A stretch of 64,000 bases of DNA from Candidatus Bipolaricaulota bacterium (GTDB taxonomy: Bacteria > Bipolaricaulota > Bipolaricaulia > UBA7950 > UBA9294), in NCBI GenBank assembly GCA_040752575.1, contig JBFMGK010000067.1, positions 1,931 to 65,930 on the forward strand, read 5' to 3'. Both the position numbers and the translations under genes were made by a program. Below, in pieces: positions 9,701 to 17,651 of the stretch. Positions within the stretch are counted from its first letter, which is position 1, and each line of letters starts with the position of its first letter. The notes under the pieces are model-generated. The model made no database searches, was not told the DNA's origin, and was given only the letters and a program-made list of their open reading frames with translations.

Positions 9701-12226
9701 CTACTGAAGCAGCAGCGTCGCGCCGGAGGCCGTCGGGAGGCCGCCGCCCGCGGGCTCGGCCACGGCGACGATGGTGTACGCGCCGCCACCCAGACCGGCC
9801 GTGACGGAGCCGGGAATGACCACTTCGAACTGCCCGGCCGACTTCAACGTCGCCACAATCGTCGTCTCGCCGGCGGGCCCGACAAAGATCAACGACACGG
9901 CGGCCTTCGTCGCCGGCTCAAACACGTCGTACGGATAGAGGCCCTCGCTCGCCAGGATCGTGATCGTCACGTTCTGGCCGGCTTGCGCCGCGAGCGGGGT
10001 GACGACGTCGTCGACGCGCGTCACGCCGGTCTCAAACTCGTCGAGCCAGTACTGCGCGCTCCACGGGTAGCTTGGGTCGCGGTTCGCCTTCAGCGAGATC
10101 TGGCTGTTCGCCGGATCCACCGAGTCGATGTAGTACGGGCCGTTCGAGATGTAGGCGTGGCCATGGGCATCGATGAAGTCGATCGCGCTCTGGTACATCG
10201 CGGCGAGATCGTCGGCCGTCGCCCCGACCTCGGGAAGGAGCGGCGCGAGATACACGGGCACGAACTTCTGGTCGCGCATCTCGACGAGCTTCGCGCGGAT
10301 GTCCGAGACGATCGAGCGGACGAGCACGTCCACCTGCGTCACGCCGGTGGCCTGGGTGAACCCGTAGACCGTCCCCGACTCGCCGCCCTCGGCGACGAGC
10401 TTGCCCAACGCCTCGATGATCGTCCACTTCACGCCCTGACCGTGGTTCGACGCCCGCGGCCAGAAGGTCGGCGCGCCGGACGCCCCGACGCGGTCGAGGT
10501 CGGGCGGGAAGTTGTTGTCAAAGTAGGTCGTGATCTTCGCGTTGGCGAAGTCCCACACCGAACCATGCGTATACGCAAAGCCGGGCAGAATGGCCGACGA
10601 GATCCCCGAGTCGAAGTACGGGTCGCCCTCGTAGTCCTCGACCGCCCAGTCGGTCAGGAACCCCTCGGCCTGCGCGAAGTCGAGCAGCGAGGTCTCGCTG
10701 CCATCGTGGAAATTCGCGAGCTGGAACGTGTAGTCGGCCTTCGCCCAGGCGGCTTCGCCGGCGGTCGAGACCCAGGCCTTAGCGGTCGAGTCCCACTCCA
10801 CGGCGTTCGCCGGGGCGGCGAGCTGGCCTACCGCCGTGCCGTCGTCGGCAAACTCGACGTCGACCACGACGTTGCTCCACGACGAGATCACGGGCGTGTA
10901 GGCCGCGGATCCCGGAGCGGTCGTCGTGTTCGGGTCGGTGGTGTTCGTGATGATGTTCGCCGCGTAGGCGTCGTTGAACCCCTGCGTCCCCACGGGATCC
11001 CAGGCGTTCAGGAACAGCGAGCCGCGCGCCGAGAACTGCGACACGACCACGGGTCGCGTCTTGTTTGTCGGGACCATCGAGATCATGGTGTCGCGGTTGA
11101 GCCCATCGCCGAGACCGTAGAGGAAGCGGGTCTCAAACGCGGCCTTGTTCGCGGCGTAGTACGCGAAGTCGTGCTGCTGGTAGATGCGGACGGCCTCGGT
11201 CAGTCCCGCGGCGACGGACTTGGACATGAGCTCCCAGTACTCGTCGACCGTCTCGAACTGCCCATAAATGATCGCCTGCGTCCACGCGTCGAGCTCGGGG
11301 TGCTGGTAGTTCCACCAGGAGCTCTCTCCGATGCCCGGCATGTTCGTGTACCACGGCGCGTACATCTGCACGACGTCGACGTCCTTCCACAGGGACGTGC
11401 CGCCGGCGAGCCACCCCTCGGTGTAGATGTTCCAGAGGTAGTCAGCCGGGTCGGTCAGGTAGACGTCGCTGATGCATCGAGTGCGGTCCACTTCGACGTT
11501 GTTCACGACGAAGCCCGCCTGGCGAAGCTGGTCAGCAATTCGCCGGCCCATCGGGAGACGGACGTTCGGATCGTCGACGCGGATGTAGAAGTTGATCTCG
11601 ACGGGCGCGCCGTCGAACGTCCAGATGCCGTCGCCGCCGCGGGCGAGCCGACCGACGTTCTCGGGCAGCGCCGCCGCCGCGTTCATCGCGTCGTCGATCA
11701 TCTGGTAGGCCTTCGCCTGGTCGCCTTCCGGCGTCAGGCCGAGCTTCTGCGCCTCGAGATAGAGCTTGAAGGCGCCCGGCTCGAAGCTGCCGACCGAAAT
11801 GATGGACGGGCTCCCCGCGCCCTGCATGATCTCCTCAACCATCTGCTGCCGGTTGAGCAGGAAGTGCAGCGCAAAGCGAAGCTCGCGAATCGCGAACGGG
11901 TTGAACTTCTCTTCGCCGCTCGTCGTCACGGCGATGTACGGCGCCGCGTTCGGATACGGGTTCAAGAACAGGCTCTCCGAGGACGCCGGAACGACGTACA
12001 GCTCGAGCTTGTCGAGCGTCGCCTGGTCGAGTCCGAAGATCACGCTTCCCGCGGTCGTGTACTGGAAGATGTCGATGTTGCCGGCCGCGACGTCCTGAAG
12101 GGCGATTTCCTCCTGCATGCGGACGTTGTACAGAATGCCGTCCGCGAAGGGGCCCACCTGGGCGAGGCCCAGGCCGCTCAGGGCGCCGACAAGAAGCACC
12201 ACGCTAAGTACACTGCGTAGCCTCAT
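9701..12226 (-). CDS. ABC transporter substrate-binding protein, family 5 (peptide/nickel type) with a ~250 aa C-terminal extension
   Basis: Start placed at MRLRSVLSVVLLVG (signal peptide), preceded by a GGGAGGA RBS 10 nt upstream. SBP_bac_5-like core. The extra C-terminal beta-rich domain ends ...GGGAYTIVAVAEPAGGG. Confidence 0.85.
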   Translation of the reverse strand: MRLRSVLSVVLLVGALSGLGLAQVGPFADGILYNVRMQEEIALQDVAAGNIDIFQYTTAGSVIFGLDQATLDKLELYVVPASSESLFLNPYPNAAPYIAVTTSGEEKFNPFAIRELRFALHFLLNRQQMVEEIMQGAGSPSIISVGSFEPGAFKLYLEAQKLGLTPEGDQAKAYQMIDDAMNAAAALPENVGRLARGGDGIWTFDGAPVEINFYIRVDDPNVRLPMGRRIADQLRQAGFVVNNVEVDRTRCISDVYLTDPADYLWNIYTEGWLAGGTSLWKDVDVVQMYAPWYTNMPGIGESSWWNYQHPELDAWTQAIIYGQFETVDEYWELMSKSVAAGLTEAVRIYQQHDFAYYAANKAAFETRFLYGLGDGLNRDTMISMVPTNKTRPVVVSQFSARGSLFLNAWDPVGTQGFNDAYAANIITNTTDPNTTTAPGSAAYTPVISSWSNVVVDVEFADDGTAVGQLAAPANAVEWDSTAKAWVSTAGEAAWAKADYTFQLANFHDGSETSLLDFAQAEGFLTDWAVEDYEGDPYFDSGISSAILPGFAYTHGSVWDFANAKITTYFDNNFPPDLDRVGASGAPTFWPRASNHGQGVKWTIIEALGKLVAEGGESGTVYGFTQATGVTQVDVLVRSIVSDIRAKLVEMRDQKFVPVYLAPLLPEVGATADDLAAMYQSAIDFIDAHGHAYISNGPYYIDSVDPANSQISLKANRDPSYPWSAQYWLDEFETGVTRVDDVVTPLAAQAGQNVTITILASEGLYPYDVFEPATKAAVSLIFVGPAGETTIVATLKSAGQFEVVIPGSVTAGLGGGAYTIVAVAEPAGGGLPTASGATLLLQ

Positions 12227-12326
12227 TGCTTTCTTTCCTCCCTTTCCTACTGCGTCACTACCCATCCGGCGTGCCTTGCGGCGGCCGCTCCGGCCCTCTC
12301 GGCTCCGGATCGGCCGCGAGGCGAGC

Positions 12327-12737
12327 CTAGAGGCCGGCGAAGACCGCCTGGTAAAGGGCGATCGGCTGCGCCCGGCGGGCCGCCAGTTTCACGATGACGA
12401 AGTCAAGGTAGCCAACCTCCACCGGAAGGTTGATGCGGTAGAAGTTGTTGGCCATCTGCGCCAAGTAGTCGGTGAGACCCGTGGCCACCACCGCGCCGCC
12501 CGAGTAGATCAAACACTCCGCGTCGACGATGTTGACCGGCGTGAAGGCCTCGACGATGAGGGTGTTGTACGAGACGCCCTCGTCCATGTTCACAATCAGG
12601 AGCCAGCCAACCGTTCCGTCGGACGTCGCCGTCCAGAGGACGTTCGTCGCCTCGAAGAACGGGACAGCCCCTGCCGTCAACGCCCCTCCGACGAGCAGCG
12701 CCGACGCGAGCAGGACAACCATGCCCAGCTTCTTCAT
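12327..12737 (-). CDS. small secreted hypothetical protein (136 aa), first gene of Opp operon 2
   Basis: Start MKKLGMVVLLASALLVGGALTAGA (signal peptide), with an AAGGAGG RBS 10 nt upstream. The longer ORF-track start has no RBS. No recognisable domain. Confidence 0.5.
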   Translation of the reverse strand: MKKLGMVVLLASALLVGGALTAGAVPFFEATNVLWTATSDGTVGWLLIVNMDEGVSYNTLIVEAFTPVNIVDAECLIYSGGAVVATGLTDYLAQMANNFYRINLPVEVGYLDFVIVKLAARRAQPIALYQAVFAGL

Positions 12738-12819
12738 TCCTACGGAGCCTCCTTTTCTCTGCTCCCAAAAACAAAACCGGCGTCCACCAAGGGAGAATGG
12801 TTCTCCCGGTTCGCGCCGC

Positions 12820-12846
12820 CCTAGTGGAGAGTCAATCGGCATTATA
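12820..12846 (-). promoter_or_regulatory. conserved promoter/leader element of Opp operon 2 (minus-strand TATAAT plus CTCTCCACTAGG box)
   Basis: Plus-strand CCTAGTGGAGAGTCAATCGGCATTATA. On the minus strand this reads TATAAT-N6-TGACTCTCCACTAGG. A candidate -35 TTGCCT lies 16 nt upstream. The site is ~90 nt upstream of the operon's first ATG and nearly identical to the site at 19963–19987. Confidence 0.55.
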
Positions 12847-12901
12847 CGGAGAACGCTCGTCAAGGCAAGCCTTGCCTGCAGAAGAAGGTCCGGGACGGGT
12901 A

Positions 12902-13159
12902 TCAGCCGCGCCGGCGCCGCTCCCCGGTGTAGAGTGCGACGCCGATGAGGCCGATGAACAAACCGCCGACGGACGCAGCGTACGCCAAGATGCTCAGCCA
13001 CAGGGGCGCGGGGATCACGCCGAGCACCTCGGCAAACACGACGCCCCACGCCCCGACGAGCAGGAACAGGCTAACGAGAAGCAGACGCCGCGGGTTCCTC
13101 AGCGCGTCCTCCTTCTCGGAACAGCCAACACTCGACGAAGTGCCCGGGCGACGGCTCAA
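12902..13159 (-). CDS. possible small two-TM membrane protein (start uncertain, TTG/CTG)
   Basis: Hydrophobic ORF RRLLLVSLFLLVGAWGVVFAEVLGVIPAPLWLSILAYAASVGGLFIGLIGVALY. An AAGGAGGA lies inside the OppF1 3' end, just upstream of an in-frame CTG. No ATG is present, so it may be spurious. Confidence 0.25.
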   Translation of the reverse strand: MSRRPGTSSSVGCSEKEDALRNPRRLLLVSLFLLVGAWGVVFAEVLGVIPAPLWLSILAYAASVGGLFIGLIGVALYTGERRRRG

Positions 13160-14093
13160 AGGCCGGCGGCTCCTCGACGTTGCACAGCCCGTCGATGAAG
13201 AACTTGCAGCGCGGGTGGAAACGACAGCCCGGCGGAGGGTTGGCGAGGCTCGGCGGCTCGCCTGCCGGCACGTCCTTGATGACCTTCGCGTTCTCGGGGT
13301 CCGGGTCCGAGATCGCGGTCAATAGAGCCTGGGTGTAGGGATGCAGCGGGCTGTGGATGAGTTCGGCGACTTCGGCCTTCTCGACGAGCTTCGCCGCGTA
13401 CATGACGAACACGAACTCGGAGAAGTACCGCACCGTCGAGAGATCGTGCGTGATGTAGATCACGCCCAGTCCATGGGACTTCTGAACGCGCCGCAGCAAC
13501 TGAAGGATTTCGACCCGCACCGACGCGTCGAGCATCGATACCGGCTCATCGGCGACGATCAGCTTCGGCTCGAGGATGATCGCACGCGCGATGACAAGCC
13601 GTTGCTGCTGTCCGCCGCTCAGCATGTGAGGATACTTGTTGATGAAGTCGTCAACCGGCGTCAGACGAACTTCCTCCATGACCGCGCGGATCCGGGCCTC
13701 TTGCGCCTCTTTCGGCACGCCGTTCACCGCAAGCGGCTCGCTCAGGATGCGCCGCACGTTCATGAACGGAGCCAGCGCCCCGTAGGGATCCTGCTGAACG
13801 AATCCTACGTTGGAGCGCAACCAGACACGCGCGGACCCCTTCTTGGCCTCCATCCGGTGGCCGGCGAGTTCCATCTCGCCCCCCGTCAGCGGCACGAGGC
13901 CGAGGATCGTCTTCGCGAGGGTCGTCTTTCCCGATCCGCTCTCGCCAACAATCGTGATCGCCTGCCCCGCGTCGAGCGCGAAGCTCACCCCGTCCAAGGC
14001 CTTGACGTATCCGGCGTGGAAGAAACCCCACTTGCGCAGTTCGTACCACGTGCGCAGGTCGTTCACCGACAGCAGCTTCTCTTGCGTTGTCAT
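13071..14093 (-). CDS. oppF: oligopeptide ABC transporter ATP-binding protein (OppF-like), operon 1
   Basis: GESGSGKTT, LSGGQQQR, ADEPVS. Start moved to MTTQEKLLSVNDLRTWY (ATG at 14093, GAGGCGGAG upstream). C-terminal CRFHPRC motif. Confidence 0.9.
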   Translation of the reverse strand: MTTQEKLLSVNDLRTWYELRKWGFFHAGYVKALDGVSFALDAGQAITIVGESGSGKTTLAKTILGLVPLTGGEMELAGHRMEAKKGSARVWLRSNVGFVQQDPYGALAPFMNVRRILSEPLAVNGVPKEAQEARIRAVMEEVRLTPVDDFINKYPHMLSGGQQQRLVIARAIILEPKLIVADEPVSMLDASVRVEILQLLRRVQKSHGLGVIYITHDLSTVRYFSEFVFVMYAAKLVEKAEVAELIHSPLHPYTQALLTAISDPDPENAKVIKDVPAGEPPSLANPPPGCRFHPRCKFFIDGLCNVEEPPAFEPSPGHFVECWLFREGGRAEEPAASASR

Positions 14094-14103
14094 GGTCTCC
14101 GCC

Positions 14104-15069
14104 TCACACGTGTAGCCAGCACTTGACCCAGCGATCGCCGCCCACATCGACAAACGGCGGTTCCGCATCGCACTTCTCGAACCTCGACGGACAGCGCACG
14201 GCGAATCGGCACCCCGTGGGCGGATTCAGCAGGCTCGGCGGCTGACCCGGAATAAACTCGAGCTTCTTGTCCTCGCGCAGCGTCGGCACACTGGCCATCA
14301 GTTTGCGCGAATACGGGTGCAGCGGCGTCCGGAAGAAGTCGGTCGCGTCGGACAGCTCGACGAGTTGCCCGGCGTACATGACGGCCGCCCGATCGGCCAA
14401 CTCGCTTGACGTCGCGATGTCGTGCGTGATGAGAATGAACGTCACGCCAAGATCGTGCTTGATGCCCTTGAGGACGTTCATGATGTTCGTCTGCGTCAGG
14501 ACGTCGAGCGCGCTCGTCGGCTCGTCGAGAAAGACGATGTCCGGCCGCGTGACGAGCGCCATCGCGAGAACGGCCCGTTGCCTCATCCCGCCGGAGAGCT
14601 CGAACGGATAGCGGTCGAGGAAGTCCTTGGAGACCCCAACCAGGCGGAACACCTCTTCGGCCTGGTTGTGGGCGTCCTTCTTGCTCGCGGACAGCCCATG
14701 AACGCGCAGCGGCTCGGCCACCTGGTCCCCCACCTTGATCACCGGGTTGAGCGAGTTCATCGCCGCCTGGGAGACCAGCGACATCTTGACCCAGCGAACC
14801 TGCCGCCGGAAGGCCTCCTCGCCGAGCGTCATCACATCGGTCCCATTAAGCCAGATGCGCCCGCTGAACGTGTGCACGTTCCGCGGGAGCAGACGCAGGA
14901 TCGCCCGCGACAGCGTGCTCTTCCCGCACCCCGACTCTCCGACGACAACCGTCGCCGGTCCGCGCTGCATCTCGAAGCTGACGCCGTCGACCGCCTGAAC
15001 CGGGCCCTTCCCCGTGCGAAAGTGAAGCTTCAGATCCTCGACGCGAAGTACTTTCTCTGGTTTCGCCAT
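14104..15069 (-). CDS. oppD: oligopeptide ABC transporter ATP-binding protein (OppD-like), operon 1
   Basis: GESGCGKST, LSGGMRQR, LDEPTSALD. C-terminal CRFAVRC motif. Confidence 0.9.
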   Translation of the reverse strand: MAKPEKVLRVEDLKLHFRTGKGPVQAVDGVSFEMQRGPATVVVGESGCGKSTLSRAILRLLPRNVHTFSGRIWLNGTDVMTLGEEAFRRQVRWVKMSLVSQAAMNSLNPVIKVGDQVAEPLRVHGLSASKKDAHNQAEEVFRLVGVSKDFLDRYPFELSGGMRQRAVLAMALVTRPDIVFLDEPTSALDVLTQTNIMNVLKGIKHDLGVTFILITHDIATSSELADRAAVMYAGQLVELSDATDFFRTPLHPYSRKLMASVPTLREDKKLEFIPGQPPSLLNPPTGCRFAVRCPSRFEKCDAEPPFVDVGGDRWVKCWLHV

Positions 15070-15070
15070 A

Positions 15071-16429
15071 TCACATCGTCCTCAGCCGCGGGTTGAAGAT
15101 CCGATCGAGGGCGTAGCCGATCATTGCAAACCCGAATCCGGTAAACATCAAGGCAATCGCCGGCTGGATCACCCAGTAGTAGTAGCCCTTGTACAGCGCG
15201 TCCGCGCCACGTGCGTCGTTGATCACCTTGCCCCACGTCGGGAGCAGGGGGTCGCCCAAGCCGAGGACGGCGAGCGACGTCTCGAGGAAGACGAATCCGG
15301 GAATCACGAGCACAAACTGCGGCAACAGGACGGGGACGATGCGCGGCAGCAAGTAGCGGAAGATGAGCCGGAAGTTGCTCGCCCCGTAAGCCTTCGCCGC
15401 TTCGATATACGGGGCCTGCTTCGCCTGCAGGAACATCGCCCGATAGGTGAGCATGCCCGCGCTGAAGATGCTGAGCAGGATGATAATCGCAAGCATGAGC
15501 CACAAGCTCCGCGAGTAGAACTGCCCGATCATGATGAGGATTGGCAGTGTGGGCAAGAGCATGTTCAACTGGGTCAGGCGCTGGAAGATGGCGTCGAGTC
15601 GGCCGCCGTACCACGTGCCGATCCCGGCGAGGACGAACGTCGTCACGTTGGCGCCCACCGCCCCCAGGAGCCCGAAAATGAGTGCGAGCGGCGCTCCCCA
15701 GAGGAGGGCGACCGTCAGATCGCGGCGACGGTCGTCGGTTCCGGCGAGCCCATGGACCTGACCGTAGGCGACGAGTTTGGATTCGAACTCGAACCCTTCG
15801 GGTACCACGGCTTCGACCGTCAGCGTGTAGCGGCCCTTCACGGGCTTCGGATCGCCGGCCCCTGGAACGAACTGCGCCGGGTCGAGGAACAGCCCGATCT
15901 CGGGTTTGGTTCGCCCCGGCATCTGATTCAGGAGCTGGATGTCCTGGGACAGATAGTAGCCGTCTCGCGTCCTGACTCCCCGATCCGTGACGATCGGCGT
16001 CTCGCTTCCGTCGGGCCTCGTCCACAAGACCGAGTAGCGAGTCCGCTTCCCCTCGTAGGTGGCATCGGTGTACAGGGTGAGTTCCGTCGGGAAGGAGTCG
16101 TACGGGAAGTCAAACCCCAGCGCGATGCGCACCCGTTCGGTTCCGTCGCCGAGGGACTCGGCGGTGCGTTCTCCGGTCGTGCGCGAGTCGAGGACGATCG
16201 TCCGCGACAGCCTCGCCGGGGTGAACAGGTCGTACCAGATGGGCGCCGCGTTGCGCGGATAGTCGTCCCAGACCCCGGCGCCGCCTCGCCACAGACGGAT
16301 GGCCTCGCCGTAGGGAATCGCGATCACCGCGTAGACCGAAATCCCGACGAGAATCCCCACGATGATCAGCCCGGCAATCGCCGAGGGATACTGGCGCAAC
16401 GACCGGAAGAAGCTGACGAATCCCCTCAT
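15071..16429 (-). CDS. oppC: oligopeptide ABC transporter permease (OppC-like), operon 1
   Basis: The ORF-track start overlaps the upstream gene by ~360 nt. The ATG at 16429 (MRGFVSFFRSLRQYPSAIAG) forms an ATGA overlap with the OppB stop. Permease core with IEAAKAYGAS. Confidence 0.85.
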   Translation of the reverse strand: MRGFVSFFRSLRQYPSAIAGLIIVGILVGISVYAVIAIPYGEAIRLWRGGAGVWDDYPRNAAPIWYDLFTPARLSRTIVLDSRTTGERTAESLGDGTERVRIALGFDFPYDSFPTELTLYTDATYEGKRTRYSVLWTRPDGSETPIVTDRGVRTRDGYYLSQDIQLLNQMPGRTKPEIGLFLDPAQFVPGAGDPKPVKGRYTLTVEAVVPEGFEFESKLVAYGQVHGLAGTDDRRRDLTVALLWGAPLALIFGLLGAVGANVTTFVLAGIGTWYGGRLDAIFQRLTQLNMLLPTLPILIMIGQFYSRSLWLMLAIIILLSIFSAGMLTYRAMFLQAKQAPYIEAAKAYGASNFRLIFRYLLPRIVPVLLPQFVLVIPGFVFLETSLAVLGLGDPLLPTWGKVINDARGADALYKGYYYWVIQPAIALMFTGFGFAMIGYALDRIFNPRLRTM

Positions 16430-17517
16430 GCCGACCGCCCTCCTCCTGCGACGCGTACCCGGGGATCGACGATCGCGTAGATGAAGTCGAGCAGAAAGAC
16501 CGTGAGCGCCAGGAGATAGCCGAAGATGACGAGCGTGCCGACGATCACCGGCGTGTCGTTCAGGTTCACGGCCGTCAGGTACTGCCGGCCGAGGCCGGGC
16601 CAGTTGAATACGGTTTCCAGGATGATCTGGCCCATCCACGTACCGATGAGCATAAGCATGAAGCTCGTGATGATCGTCGGGAGCGTCGGACGCAAGATAT
16701 ACTGCCGCTGGATCGCCCGCGACGAGAGCCCCTTGGCCTTCGCCAGTTCGACGTAGTCCTCGCTCGAGTAGATCAAGAAGAACGTCCGCCACGTGTAGGC
16801 GCTCGCGAAGAAGACCGAAATCGTGATCGACAGCACCGGCAGGATCATGTGGTGGAGGAGGCTCACCGCGTACTCCAGGACGTTGTCAGGCGGCGGCGCC
16901 TTGACCATCCCCCCCCACGGCAAGATCCGAAAGACCGCCGCAAACAGCAAGATCAGGAAGATGCCGTAGAACCAGCCCGGCGCGGCCGAGAGCGGCGCCA
17001 GGCCGACGATCGTTTTGTCGAGCGTGCTGCCGTAGCGGCGCGAAAGGAACAGGGCCGTCACGATCGCGCTGAAGAAGAGGAGGAGATTGGCGGTGGCAAA
17101 GAGCAGAAGCGTTGGGGCCAGGCGTTCCCCGAGGATCCGCCGGACTTCTCTCGAGCCGCTGTCGCTCGAGATGTTCTCGGAGCGTCCGAGATTCAGGGTG
17201 ATCGCCGTTGTGAGGTAGTCCACGCTGCGGATCCAGAACGAACGGTCAAGCCCATAGCGGCGGAACTGCACGACACACAGGTCGTCGATCAGCTTCCTCA
17301 GCGTCGCCGGGTCGAGGCCCTGGTTCTCGGGGTTCATGTACACGGCCGTCGCGACGTTCAGGCGGATCTCTGACCGCCTGACCTCGTCGAGGCGTCCGCC
17401 CATGTTGGCGATGAGGATCACCAAGTAGAGGCCGACCACCAGCGTGATCAGCAGCGCGATCGCCTTTAGGGCAAGGTGCCGCGCCATCCTCCAGGCGTTC
17501 CCACTCATGGTCACCAC
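16426..17517 (-). CDS. oppB: oligopeptide ABC transporter permease (OppB-like), operon 1
   Basis: 363 aa, OppB-like topology. Motif AKAKGLSSRAIQRQYILR. The start may be the internal Met near 17487. Confidence 0.85.
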   Translation of the reverse strand: MVTMSGNAWRMARHLALKAIALLITLVVGLYLVILIANMGGRLDEVRRSEIRLNVATAVYMNPENQGLDPATLRKLIDDLCVVQFRRYGLDRSFWIRSVDYLTTAITLNLGRSENISSDSGSREVRRILGERLAPTLLLFATANLLLFFSAIVTALFLSRRYGSTLDKTIVGLAPLSAAPGWFYGIFLILLFAAVFRILPWGGMVKAPPPDNVLEYAVSLLHHMILPVLSITISVFFASAYTWRTFFLIYSSEDYVELAKAKGLSSRAIQRQYILRPTLPTIITSFMLMLIGTWMGQIILETVFNWPGLGRQYLTAVNLNDTPVIVGTLVIFGYLLALTVFLLDFIYAIVDPRVRVAGGGRSA

Positions 17518-17651
17518 TCACTCCTCTCGCGTCGGCGCCGACGTCGCGCCGGCGGGAAGAAGACGGGGGACCGCTGCCGGCCCTGGCCTTCAGCGATCCC
17601 CCAACCGCACGCTACCGAACGCTGTAGCCTTACATGTTAGGCCTGCAGCGC

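Noticed and set aside
12820-12846. TATAAT and TTGACT hexamers inside the conserved motif, read as a minus-strand -35/-10 pair
   Set aside because: On the minus strand the order is TATAAT then TTGACT, the wrong orientation for a sigma-70 promoter. TATAAT was kept as the -10, a separate upstream -35 was proposed, and the downstream box is treated as an operator/leader.
12860-12885. Short palindrome GGCAAGcCTTGCC between the two Opp operons, considered as the operon-1 terminator
   Set aside because: The stem is only 5–6 bp with a loop of 1–3 nt. That is too weak to call a terminator with confidence.
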